Below are positions 22,608-34,067 of a stretch of DNA of 64,000 nt, in pieces. The position numbers and the translations under genes are program-made. Every line of letters starts with the position of its first letter. Positions within the stretch are counted from its first letter, which is position 1. The notes below the pieces were generated by a model that saw only the letters and a list, made by a program, of their open reading frames with translations, ran no database searches and was not told the origin of the DNA. The stretch is from Hahellaceae bacterium (GTDB taxonomy: Bacteria; Pseudomonadota; Gammaproteobacteria; Pseudomonadales; Oleiphilaceae), in contig JADJWY010000001.1 in NCBI GenBank assembly GCA_016716085.1, positions 423,437 to 487,436 of the forward strand. The letters run 5' to 3'.

Positions 22608-23807
22608 ATGAATCCAGATTTAGATCGCCTGCACCCCTACCCGTTTGAAATACTGGCTAAGTTAAATGCCGGGGTCATCCCCCCGGAGCACCTGAAGCCG
22701 ATCTCGCTGTCCATTGGTGAGCCCAAACATCCACCACCTCCCTTTGCACTGGAGAATCTGGGGCAACAACTGCAACGATTGGCTAATTACCCCACCACCA
22801 AGGGGCTGCCAGAGCTGCGTCAGAGCATTGCCAGCTGGCTGGAAAAACGCTTTGGACTGAGTGGTGGTGTCGATCCAGAATCCCAGGTTTTACCTGTTAA
22901 TGGCACGCGGGAAGCCTTATTTGCCTTCGCGCAGGCTGCGCTCGACCGCAATACCAATCCGTTGGTCGTCTACCAGAACCCGTTCTATCAGATTTACGAA
23001 GGGGCAACCTTGCTGGCCGGTGGCGAGCCCTACCTGCTGAACTGTACCCCGGACAATGGTTATTTACCGGATTTTGATAACGTTCCCGAGGCCATCTGGT
23101 CGCGCTGCCAATTGTTGTATGTTTGCTCCCCAGGCAATCCTTCTGGCGCCGTCATTCCCATGGCGACTTACCAGAAACTGCTGAAACTGGCGGATACCTT
23201 TGATTTCATCATTGCCTCGGATGAGTGCTATTCCGAAATTTATCAGGATGAAAACGCGCCGCCAGTGGGCCTGCTGGAAGCCTGTGCTGCAAGCGGACGC
23301 CATGACTATCGTCGCTGCGTGGTCTTCCACAGCCTCTCCAAGCGTTCAAACGTGCCCGGCATGCGTTCCGGCTTCGTCGCCGGTGATGCTGACTTGCTGG
23401 CGCGCTTTCTGAAATACCGAACCTACCACGGTTGTGCCATGTCCGTCCCCTTTCAATTGGCCTCGACCACGCTCTGGTCTGACGAAACCCATGTGAAAGC
23501 CAACCGGGATGCCTACCGTGAAAAATTTCGCGCCGTGAGCGAGATCCTGGGGGATGTTCTCCCGGTCACAATCCCGGAAGCCTCCTTCTACCTGTGGCCA
23601 CAAACCCCGATTGACGATGAAACCTTTGCTCGGGAGTTACTGCGCACCCAAAACGTTGCCGTACTGCCGGGCCGTTATCTCGGACGCAGCACCGCAGATG
23701 GCAACCCCGGCGCGTATCACTGCCGCATGGCGCTCGTCGCGACCGTTGACGAGTGTGTCGAAGCCGCGCATCGCATCCGCCAATTTGTTGAATCCATAAA
23801 ATCCTGA
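22608..23807 (+). CDS. dapC: Succinyldiaminopimelate aminotransferase (class I aminotransferase)
   Basis: Class I PLP aminotransferase (SLSKRSNVPGMRSG with the PLP Lys) in the conserved glnD-dapC-dapD position. Confidence 0.75.
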   Translation: MNPDLDRLHPYPFEILAKLNAGVIPPEHLKPISLSIGEPKHPPPPFALENLGQQLQRLANYPTTKGLPELRQSIASWLEKRFGLSGGVDPESQVLPVNGTREALFAFAQAALDRNTNPLVVYQNPFYQIYEGATLLAGGEPYLLNCTPDNGYLPDFDNVPEAIWSRCQLLYVCSPGNPSGAVIPMATYQKLLKLADTFDFIIASDECYSEIYQDENAPPVGLLEACAASGRHDYRRCVVFHSLSKRSNVPGMRSGFVAGDADLLARFLKYRTYHGCAMSVPFQLASTTLWSDETHVKANRDAYREKFRAVSEILGDVLPVTIPEASFYLWPQTPIDDETFARELLRTQNVAVLPGRYLGRSTADGNPGAYHCRMALVATVDECVEAAHRIRQFVESIKS

Positions 23808-23816
23808 GGACTTGAA

Positions 23817-26028
<2,212 letters not shown>

Positions 26029-26038
26029 GACTTCTGCC

Positions 26039-26359
26039 ATGCGTGGACCCCAAACCTGGATGATCTGGCTGTTACGGCACCTGAACCGGAGGGGAATCAC
26101 GCTGACTACCGGCTTTCAATGTTTTCTGGCGGGTGGTATCAGTGCCCTCTGCGCGTTGGTCACGCTGTTTTTCCTGGGACGCGGAACGACTGAAGACTGG
26201 CCCGTTGAAATCCTGGCGCTCATCACCCTCGCGACACTGGGTATGGGCCTGGCGATGATGCTGAGTGGCTATCTGATTATCATGACCCTGCGGCTGGGTC
26301 GATTTTTACTGGAAGGAAATGAAGAGGCCGGAACGACCTCTTCACAAAATTGCCCTTAA
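26039..26359 (+). CDS. Small hypothetical membrane protein (2 predicted TM helices)
   Basis: ORF only. It has two hydrophobic stretches and no recognisable motif. Confidence 0.4.
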   Translation: MRGPQTWMIWLLRHLNRRGITLTTGFQCFLAGGISALCALVTLFFLGRGTTEDWPVEILALITLATLGMGLAMMLSGYLIIMTLRLGRFLLEGNEEAGTTSSQNCP

Positions 26360-26382
26360 CACGAACACGTGCGAATGGCTGC

Positions 26383-26937
26383 CTATTCAATCATCGAGAC
26401 TTCTTCGGCCTGCACGCCTTTATCACCTTGAACCACCTTGAACTCAACCGCCTGACCGGGCTTGAGATAGCGGTTGCGTCCCTGAACAGAACGGAAGTGA
26501 ACAAACACATCCTCGCCGTTTTCGCGTGATATAAAACCAAATCCCTTGTTGGAGTTAAACCACTTTACCGTGCCGGTTTCGACCGGAATATGGGCATAGG
26601 CCGAATTTGAAGCGGATGACGCCGGTGCAGGGTCGCTTTTCTTTTCAACGGGTGCACGTGCAGCAGTGCGATGCATCCCTGCCCGAGAGGCCGCATCACG
26701 TGCTGCAGAGCCCTGAGGTTGAACCGGCTGACCGGCAGGAAGTGGATCACGGCTCACACTCATCAAACCCGGCAGAATGCCAACAGCGGCAAACAGGGCC
26801 ATCATGACGGAATATTGAAGCACCGAAAACGAAGCACCTTCGGGAAGTGCAGAACCGAGGACAAACGAAAGAATTGCAGTAGCAATCGCCGCAAAAACAA
26901 TGGACACGACGACCAGTTTTGAAACGTTTAGACTCAT
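26383..26937 (-). CDS. Membrane-anchored cold-shock-domain protein
   Basis: Two N-terminal TM helices, then a Pro/Ala/Ser-rich linker. The C-terminal CSD has RNP1 KGFGFI and RNP2 VFVHF ([31 protein letters not shown]). Confidence 0.8.
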   Translation of the reverse strand: MSLNVSKLVVVSIVFAAIATAILSFVLGSALPEGASFSVLQYSVMMALFAAVGILPGLMSVSRDPLPAGQPVQPQGSAARDAASRAGMHRTAARAPVEKKSDPAPASSASNSAYAHIPVETGTVKWFNSNKGFGFISRENGEDVFVHFRSVQGRNRYLKPGQAVEFKVVQGDKGVQAEEVSMIE

Positions 26938-27105
26938 GTTATTACTCGTGGGTGGTATAGTATTTTGTAATCAACTCATTATATTAACAAAAATTCAGAG
27001 TCAGTTTGTAGTGGTCAAAATAAGAGAAACATTCTGCACGCCCTCAAGAGCGAGCTAAACTAAAGGCAACGATCACCTCAAAATCCTGAAAAGGTTCGTT
27101 AATTC

Positions 27106-27840
27106 GTGAACTTAAGAACGCTCAAACGCTTCATTAAACCGCTGATCAAAACCCCTCTTCACCCCCAGTGGTACACATCGTTTGATAAACACCTAAAGCA
27201 ACTATTGCGAAATACGCCGAGCGACAGCATCGTTTTAGACATTGGATGCTTCGATATGTGGCCCCGCCAGCATCTTCCAGCGGAGGCAACCTATATTGGG
27301 TTGGACTATTTCGAAACCGCCACGCAATGGTATCACTCCAAGCCCCACGTATTTGGAGACGCGCTTTCTCTCCCTTTCGCATCGGGCGCTTTCGATACAG
27401 TACTGTTACTGGATGTCCTTGAGCACCTGGAGAAAGACACCACCTGCCTCAATGAAATACAGCGAGTGCTCAAACCGGGAGGTGTGCTGATTCTGCAAGT
27501 CCCCTTTCTCTACCCCATACACGATGCTCCCCGAGATTTCAGACGGCTGACTGAATATGGTTTGCAGCTGCTGGCTGAAAACTGCGGTCTCAAAATAGAA
27601 AACATTCACTATGTTGGCACCCCGCTACAGACTGCGACATTGCTTGGCAATCTGGCGCTCTCCCACACCATGATGGAGTGGGTGAATCGGCGGCACCCCC
27701 TTTTACTTTTAGTCCCGGTTTTGCCGGTCACTATAGTCTTGGGCAATCTACTGAGCTGGCTTCTTGATCGGTTTACCTTGGGTACTGGCTTTATGCCGTT
27801 CCGTTATACTTGCACACTGATCAAACCCGAAAATGGATAA
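27106..27840 (+). CDS. Class I SAM-dependent methyltransferase with C-terminal membrane helices
   Basis: Methyltransf_11-like motifs VLDIGC, FDTVLLLDVLEHL and LKPGGVLIL. Hydrophobic C-terminal tail. GTG start. 8-nt overlap with the next gene. Confidence 0.8.
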   Translation: MNLRTLKRFIKPLIKTPLHPQWYTSFDKHLKQLLRNTPSDSIVLDIGCFDMWPRQHLPAEATYIGLDYFETATQWYHSKPHVFGDALSLPFASGAFDTVLLLDVLEHLEKDTTCLNEIQRVLKPGGVLILQVPFLYPIHDAPRDFRRLTEYGLQLLAENCGLKIENIHYVGTPLQTATLLGNLALSHTMMEWVNRRHPLLLLVPVLPVTIVLGNLLSWLLDRFTLGTGFMPFRYTCTLIKPENG

Positions 27841-29041
27841 ACATCACCTTACATCAAACACTATCAAGGTTACGTTTTTAACGACGTCCTACCCCCTATC
27901 TGAAGGCTCCACTTCCGGGATTTTCGTTAAACGGCTGGTTGATGCCATACCGCAGCCCTATCAGGTGAGCGTTATCACGCCAGCGCCATCCGAAACATGG
28001 AACCAGGCGTACGCGTCTGAGGTGACCCCTTTTCGCTATGCCCCTCAACGATGGCAATTGCTGGCCCATTTACCCGGCGGCATTCCCGTTGCGCTGAAAA
28101 AAAAACGCAACCTCCTCTTGCTCCCTCCATTTTTAATTGCTTTAGGCCTGGCCTGTTTTCGTGCCACCCGAACCACCCGAATTTTTCATGCCAACTGGTC
28201 AGTCACCGGTGCGATATCGGGCATTATTGGAAAGCTTTCAGGCGTTCCCGTGATCACCACCCTGCGGGGTGAGGACATTTCACGCGCAGAAAAAGGCGGT
28301 GTCTTTTTATGGCTGCTTAAAACCTGCATTCGAACCAACCAGCAGATTGTGTGCGTGAGTCAGGAAATGGGTGATGAATTGCGTGGTCGCTTTTCCGCTT
28401 GCGCCAGTAAGATAAGCTTCATCCCCAATGGGATCAGTGATCAATACCTGGAAATCCCCGTGCGAACCTCCACGGCACGCCCGAAGGATCTAAAACTGCT
28501 TGCTGTCGGGAGCCTGATCCCTCGCAAAGATTTTGTTACGGTCATTCGAGCACTCCACCTATTGTCGGAAGAAATCCGTCCACATTTAAACATTGTTGGT
28601 GACGGCCCTGAACGTGAAAATCTCGAAGCCCTGATCCACGAACTGGCGCTGACGAAATGGGTCACACTACAGGGGCGTGTCCGCCCTGCAGACATGGCAA
28701 AGTATTATCGAGGCGCCGACCTCTTTATTTTAAGTAGCCTCAGCGAAGGCCGACCCAATGTGCTGATCGAAGCCATGGCATCTGCCTTACCGGTGATTGC
28801 AACGGACATCTCTGGTGTGCGTGAACTCATTCAGATGAACAAAAATGGCCTTCTGTTTCTACCAGAAGATGCCGAGCGTCTTGCCCAATGCCTTGAGCAG
28901 CTAGTGACCTCACCCAACCTTCGACACGACCTTGGACATGCCGCCCGTAAAACCATCATCAACCTCGCGTCGCAGTGGTCCGAAACCGGCAAACAGTACG
29001 CTAAACTCTATGACAGCCTACTTGAGGAGAATCGTCCCTAA
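27833..29041 (+). CDS. GT4-family (GT-B) glycosyltransferase
   Basis: C-terminal EGRPNVLIEAMASALPVIATDISGVRE (E-x7-E region) and about 400 aa. TAATG overlap with the next gene. Confidence 0.85.
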   Translation: MDKHHLTSNTIKVTFLTTSYPLSEGSTSGIFVKRLVDAIPQPYQVSVITPAPSETWNQAYASEVTPFRYAPQRWQLLAHLPGGIPVALKKKRNLLLLPPFLIALGLACFRATRTTRIFHANWSVTGAISGIIGKLSGVPVITTLRGEDISRAEKGGVFLWLLKTCIRTNQQIVCVSQEMGDELRGRFSACASKISFIPNGISDQYLEIPVRTSTARPKDLKLLAVGSLIPRKDFVTVIRALHLLSEEIRPHLNIVGDGPERENLEALIHELALTKWVTLQGRVRPADMAKYYRGADLFILSSLSEGRPNVLIEAMASALPVIATDISGVRELIQMNKNGLLFLPEDAERLAQCLEQLVTSPNLRHDLGHAARKTIINLASQWSETGKQYAKLYDSLLEENRP

Positions 29042-30918
29042 TGTGTGGACTGGCATTTTTACATGATCCCACGCGCCCTTCAGCCTCAGGGCAACAGGCC
29101 ATCAATACGGCCGTTCAGAAACTGAAGCACCGGGGCCCGGACGAACAAAATACCACACATGCAGGTCATGCTTTTTTGGGCCATGCCCGCCTTTCAATCG
29201 TGGATGTGGCGACCAGCCACCAACCCCTGGTAACCCCTGACCAGCGCTATCATCTGGTCTTTAACGGAGAAATCTACAACTTTCAGTCGCTCCGCTCGCG
29301 CCTTGAACCCAAATGGGCATTTCGTACCCAAGGCGACACCGAAGTCATTCTGGCAGGACTTATTTTGGAAGGGTCCGATTTTCTGGGTTTGATGGAAGGC
29401 ATGTGGGCCATCGCTTTTTGGGACTCCCTCTCCGAAACTCTCATCCTGAGTCGCGATCCCTTGGGGAAAAAGCCCCTTTTCTATCAGATAGCCGGACACT
29501 CTACTTTGTGGGCTGCCTCTGAACTACCCGCGTTGAAGGCCCTGGCAGACGGCCGATGGCAGGAAGACTTGAATAGCACTGCCGACTATTTCCGTTACGG
29601 CTTACTCATGCCCGGCAAAACCATCTACAAAGAGGTGCAGGAACTCTTACCCGGCACGACGATGGAATGGAGGCCAGGAGAAGCACCCGCATTCAGGCGA
29701 CATTGGTTACTTCCCTTGAGCAGGACATCACTGTCCAGGCATGAAACGCTGGAGCAGCTGCAGCAGACTTTGGAAAACGCCGTCCGTAAGCGCCTGATTG
29801 CGGACGTTGAGATCGGTGCCTTTCTATCCGGCGGGGTGGATTCGTCCCTCATCGTCGCACTGATGAAACCCCACTTAAAGACGCGTATTAAAACCTTTAC
29901 GATCCGCTTCAAGGAGGCCTCCTATGATGAGAGCCCTTTTGCGCAGCAGATGGCCGATTTTCTCGGAACGGAGCACTTCGCCGAGACCTTTAACCAGGTC
30001 ACAGCGGAGGGCATCGAAAGCCTCATCACCAACCATTTGGGCCAACCCTTTGCAGATGCCTCCATCCTCCCGACCACACTGGTCTCCGGTGTGGCGGCGT
30101 CGCATGTGAAAGTAGCTTTGTCAGGGGATGGCGGTGATGAACTGTTCTGCGGCTATCAGCGCTACCAGGCCAGGGTTATTCTAAATTGGTATTCACGGCT
30201 ACCCAAGGCACTGCGTTTACCCTTTGAAAAGCTCATCCAGTATTTACCGGAGCCGACAGTCCACCACAGCCGCAGTTACCTGAAAAAGGCCAAGCTTTTC
30301 GTAGATGCTGCGCAGCAATATGCAACCGACATGACCTACTTCGCGCCGCGCATGTTCACATCAGAACGATTTGATGCCTGCTTCCCGGATCTGAGAAACC
30401 TGGGACATCCGGCGTCGGAACTGCCACAGGAAACTGGGCTGAACGATCTTAAGCGCATGATGGCCAAAGATATGCTGATCTACTTGCCGCAGGATATTCT
30501 GCAAAAAGTTGATCGGGCGTCGATGGCGCGATCACTGGAGGTGCGCTCGCCGTTTCTGGATACCGAACTGATCAAACTGGCATTTTCGCTTCCTTCTGGT
30601 TGGCACCGAAACCTTTTCGGTGGTAAACGCATGCTGCGATCCGCCTTTCTCAAACAGCTCCCAGAGAACATCTGGAATCGAAACAAACAAGGTTTCGGTA
30701 TCCCATTGCATCATTGGTTTAAAGGCGAACTGGGTGATGTGCTTATTGAACAAAACGCACAAGGCACGCTTCCATTGGACCAGAAAGCCCTGTACGCCCT
30801 AATTAAAGAGCACAGATCGGGCCAGAGGGACTATGGTTTACAGCTCTGGACACTTTATTGCTATTCTTTGTGGAAAAAATCACACACCCACCACGCGTCT
30901 GGCTTCAACCACAGCTAG
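29041..30918 (+). CDS. Asparagine synthase (glutamine-hydrolysing) family amidotransferase (WbpS-like context)
   Basis: N-terminal MCG (Ntn Cys2) and the PP-loop SGGVDSS. About 625 aa, embedded in a glycan-tailoring operon. Confidence 0.88.
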   Translation: MCGLAFLHDPTRPSASGQQAINTAVQKLKHRGPDEQNTTHAGHAFLGHARLSIVDVATSHQPLVTPDQRYHLVFNGEIYNFQSLRSRLEPKWAFRTQGDTEVILAGLILEGSDFLGLMEGMWAIAFWDSLSETLILSRDPLGKKPLFYQIAGHSTLWAASELPALKALADGRWQEDLNSTADYFRYGLLMPGKTIYKEVQELLPGTTMEWRPGEAPAFRRHWLLPLSRTSLSRHETLEQLQQTLENAVRKRLIADVEIGAFLSGGVDSSLIVALMKPHLKTRIKTFTIRFKEASYDESPFAQQMADFLGTEHFAETFNQVTAEGIESLITNHLGQPFADASILPTTLVSGVAASHVKVALSGDGGDELFCGYQRYQARVILNWYSRLPKALRLPFEKLIQYLPEPTVHHSRSYLKKAKLFVDAAQQYATDMTYFAPRMFTSERFDACFPDLRNLGHPASELPQETGLNDLKRMMAKDMLIYLPQDILQKVDRASMARSLEVRSPFLDTELIKLAFSLPSGWHRNLFGGKRMLRSAFLKQLPENIWNRNKQGFGIPLHHWFKGELGDVLIEQNAQGTLPLDQKALYALIKEHRSGQRDYGLQLWTLYCYSLWKKSHTHHASGFNHS

Positions 30919-30970
30919 ACACGAATTGACTGCTATACTCTTTCAGTAAAATAAACACTTGGAAAGCGGC

Positions 30971-31723
30971 ATGACGTCGAAAGAGTACCGTTATCAAGAA
31001 AATCTGCTGCAAAAATCGCCGATTTTGATGGATGCGGACCATAAGAAAAACAAAGTCGATAAAATGCTGGCGATTCTGGATCATGCAAACCTACAAGGGC
31101 GGGGCCTGGCGGTTGATGTGGGCTGCTCGGTTGGATTTTTCTGCAAAGCGATAGCCTCACAGTTTGAGCAGGTCGTTGGACTGGACATTGACCAAGGCGC
31201 ACTGGAGATTGCCCGTCAAAATTCGCCAGACAACGTGCGCTTTGACGTCGCAGACTCCATGGCTCTCCCCTTTCCGGATAGCTCGGTAGATCTGTTGATC
31301 TGCAATCATGTTTATGAACACGTTCCTGATGCCGAAAAACTCTTTGACGAAATTTTCAGGGTGCTCTCACCCCAAGGCGCCTGTTACTTGGGAGCAGCAT
31401 CACGACTGACCCTGATTGAACCCCATTACCATCTGCCGTTCTTATCCTGGCTTCCGAAACCACTGGCTCACCGTTACATGCAGCTCTTCGGAAAGGGCAG
31501 TGAATACTACGAAAACCTTCGAACCTACTGGGGTATTCGCCGTCTGGTGTCACGATTTGAACTACAGGACTTTACGCTGAAGGTCATCACAGAACCCGAT
31601 ACCTATTGCGCCCGTGACATGATCCGCAAGGGCGGTTTAATCGATAAGATTCCGCGCGGAGTTTGGCAATTGTTTTATGCACTGTTGCCGTCTTACATAT
31701 TCATTTTAAGAAAGCCGACTTGA
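30971..31723 (+). CDS. Class I SAM-dependent methyltransferase
   Basis: AVDVGCSVGFF, VDLLICNHVYEHV and LSPQGACYL motifs. ATG start chosen; the track ORF begins 4 codons earlier at a TTG (30959). Confidence 0.8.
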   Translation: MTSKEYRYQENLLQKSPILMDADHKKNKVDKMLAILDHANLQGRGLAVDVGCSVGFFCKAIASQFEQVVGLDIDQGALEIARQNSPDNVRFDVADSMALPFPDSSVDLLICNHVYEHVPDAEKLFDEIFRVLSPQGACYLGAASRLTLIEPHYHLPFLSWLPKPLAHRYMQLFGKGSEYYENLRTYWGIRRLVSRFELQDFTLKVITEPDTYCARDMIRKGGLIDKIPRGVWQLFYALLPSYIFILRKPT

Positions 31724-31724
31724 T

Positions 31725-32852
31725 ATGCACGCTAAACATCTTTTCAGAACACTCAGCTTCAGGTTAATTAATTGGATATCAAGACGCTTCTTTGCCAGTC
31801 GTCTTTCGTTTGCTCACATTGAAGCCTTCTTATTCAATAACTCCTTCAAGAAGTTTTTTAACTTTCTGAAAGTACATTATGAGAAAGCACGGGGACACCA
31901 ACGTGTCACCAGTTTTCCCTATCTCTTTGTCTTTGAAGTCACCAATGTCTGCAACTTAAAGTGTCCATTCTGTCTGACCGGTAAAGGCATCTCGGGGGGA
32001 CGCTCTGTTCGGCACATGGGCTTCGAGGAAGCAAAGTCCATCATTGATCAGGTGGGCGACTATATCTATTTAATGCAACTCTATACCTGGGGTGAACCCC
32101 TGCTTAACAAGGATATTTACGACATCATCCAATATGCCAAAGACAAAAATATCTACGTGATGGTTTCAACCAATGCGACCATGCTCAACGAGGCCAATTG
32201 TGAACGCCTGGTGGATAGCGGCATTGACTACGTCATGACGGCTGTCGATGGGCTAAGCAGTGAAACTTACAAAAAATACCGTGTGGGTGGGGACTATCAG
32301 AAGGTTATCAATAACGTCCAAAACCTCTTAATGGTGAAAAAGCGAAAACACAGCTCCGCTCCCTTCGTCGAGTGGCAATTTATTGTGTTCAAACATAATG
32401 AGCATGAGGTCAAAGATGCGGAACGCTTTGCTTATGAGATCGGCATCAATAAGTTCACTCCCCTTCCCGCCTACGTCGAAGATAAAGATTGGCTACCGGT
32501 CGGGGAAGAGTACAAAGTGGAGCTCTTCAACCCGGAGCGGTTGAAAAACTGTGACCGCCCCTGGTCCCATTTGAATGTACGCGCAGACGGCGGCGTCGCT
32601 TCATGCTGTTATGAGTTTGAAAAGAAAGACGATTTTGGTAATTTCTCACAACATCCGTTTGACAAAATATGGAACAACGATAAGTTTTTGCTTTCCAGAA
32701 AGCTAATCTACCAAAAACGAAAAGGTCTGGAAATGGACAAGACGGATCTGATTTGTTACGACTGCCTGAACAGTGGTATTCGTCCATCCTACATTGAGTC
32801 ACCGACTGACTCGCAGGCGAAAAATGCGCTGATCGAAGTGAAGAATATCTAG
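31725..32852 (+). CDS. Radical SAM enzyme with C-terminal SPASM-like Cys cluster
   Basis: CNLKCPFC (CxxxCxxC) at about residue 76. C-terminal Cys-rich region: CDRPW...GGVASCCYEF...LICYDC. Confidence 0.85.
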   Translation: MHAKHLFRTLSFRLINWISRRFFASRLSFAHIEAFLFNNSFKKFFNFLKVHYEKARGHQRVTSFPYLFVFEVTNVCNLKCPFCLTGKGISGGRSVRHMGFEEAKSIIDQVGDYIYLMQLYTWGEPLLNKDIYDIIQYAKDKNIYVMVSTNATMLNEANCERLVDSGIDYVMTAVDGLSSETYKKYRVGGDYQKVINNVQNLLMVKKRKHSSAPFVEWQFIVFKHNEHEVKDAERFAYEIGINKFTPLPAYVEDKDWLPVGEEYKVELFNPERLKNCDRPWSHLNVRADGGVASCCYEFEKKDDFGNFSQHPFDKIWNNDKFLLSRKLIYQKRKGLEMDKTDLICYDCLNSGIRPSYIESPTDSQAKNALIEVKNI

Positions 32853-32876
32853 GTAGACGATGGTTGAGGTTTCTGA

Positions 32877-34055
32877 ATGAAATACCGCTTGCTCGACTTT
32901 TTGGTTGAGCCAAACACGGGTGAAGGTTTCGATCTGCATGTCTTCGAAGAAAAGATCATCGACTCCATGCCGCTGTCAGAAGGGAAGAAATGTTCATCTC
33001 ACTGCTTCCGATTGAACAAAGATTCAGATGGGATTGACTCGGCGGAATGTCAAAAATGTCCCAGACACGAGGTTATCCAGGGAAAACTCGTATCTAAAGT
33101 TTCTCGTATCGAATATCCGGTCATAAATGGCATCCCCCGCATTCTGCCGTCGGATCTCCTTCAACCACTTGTTCAGAATGTCCATAACGACTACGTACGT
33201 CGATTTGGCAAACAATTCGCGAAATTAGGCCATCTGAATTACGAAGTGGAAAACGAAAAGAAGAAAACCGTTGAAGCCTTTGGCTATCAGTGGCGAACAT
33301 TCGTTGATAACTATGACTACTTCAAGGATATCATGCTCAGCTTTACCAGACCCTTCATGGATGAGGCCGACTATGCGGGCAAGCTGTTACTGGAAGTGGG
33401 GTGCGGATCGGGTCGACCGGGAGTAGCCTCCTGCAAGATGGGCGCCGAAGTTGTAGGTATGGATATCAGTGAAGCCGTCGAAAGTGCCTACACGCAATCA
33501 TTGAAGTTGCCCGGGTTTCACGTCGTGCAGGCCGATGCCTATGCCCCCCCTTTTCGTCCGGTTTTTGATGTGGTTTATTCCGTCGGCGTTCTACAGCACA
33601 TCCCTAGTCCAGAGAAAGCCTTGCTCGGTATCAGTAAGGTCGTCGCGCCCACCAAGCCACTGCTCTTGTGGATATATGGTAAACGGGAGCTTTGGTACCA
33701 GCCCATCGAATGGTCACGAACGCTCACTCGCAAAATGCCATTAAATGCCCTTCGAATTGTTTCGATCGTTTTAGCCGCATTGTCCGAATTATTTCTGCTA
33801 ATCCCCTATAGACTGATGAAAGCCTCGAGCTTGCTCAGTGGCGTCGCAGAGAAAATTCCGGGAAGAATTTATGCCAAATACCCCTTCCGGGAAAATGTGG
33901 TCGGTTGGTTTGACCGGCTGGTGGCCCCCGTCACGTATTATTTTAGTGAAGCGGATATCCGAGCGTTACTCGAAAAAACAGGCTTCAAAGACCTCAAAGT
34001 GCATGCCAGGAAAGACGCAAGCGCTAGTTGGGTCATCTGGGCCACACGGAAATAA
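32877..34055 (+). CDS. SAM-dependent methyltransferase with N-terminal Trm112-like/zinc-ribbon module
   Basis: N-terminus LLDFLVEP...CSSHC...CQKC...YPVINGIPRILP (Trm112p-like fold signature split by a CxxxC/CxxC insert). Then LEVGCGSGRP and VVYSVGVLQHIP methyltransferase motifs. Confidence 0.75.
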   Translation: MKYRLLDFLVEPNTGEGFDLHVFEEKIIDSMPLSEGKKCSSHCFRLNKDSDGIDSAECQKCPRHEVIQGKLVSKVSRIEYPVINGIPRILPSDLLQPLVQNVHNDYVRRFGKQFAKLGHLNYEVENEKKKTVEAFGYQWRTFVDNYDYFKDIMLSFTRPFMDEADYAGKLLLEVGCGSGRPGVASCKMGAEVVGMDISEAVESAYTQSLKLPGFHVVQADAYAPPFRPVFDVVYSVGVLQHIPSPEKALLGISKVVAPTKPLLLWIYGKRELWYQPIEWSRTLTRKMPLNALRIVSIVLAALSELFLLIPYRLMKASSLLSGVAEKIPGRIYAKYPFRENVVGWFDRLVAPVTYYFSEADIRALLEKTGFKDLKVHARKDASASWVIWATRK

Positions 34056-34067
34056 CATCGCTCGACC

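Noticed and set aside
29041-30918. AsnB homologue as housekeeping asparagine synthetase
   Set aside because: It is translationally coupled (TAATG) to a GT4 inside the AT-richer tailoring operon. This context fits a glycan amidotransferase (WbpS-like) rather than amino-acid biosynthesis. The sequence alone cannot settle it.
30919-32876. Radical SAM/SPASM gene as the core of a RiPP cluster
   Set aside because: The ORF track shows no small precursor ORF in the adjacent gaps, and no protease or transporter typical of RiPP loci. The context is glycosyl/methyl/acyl transfer. I keep it only as an open question, because peptides below the track's length cutoff cannot be excluded.
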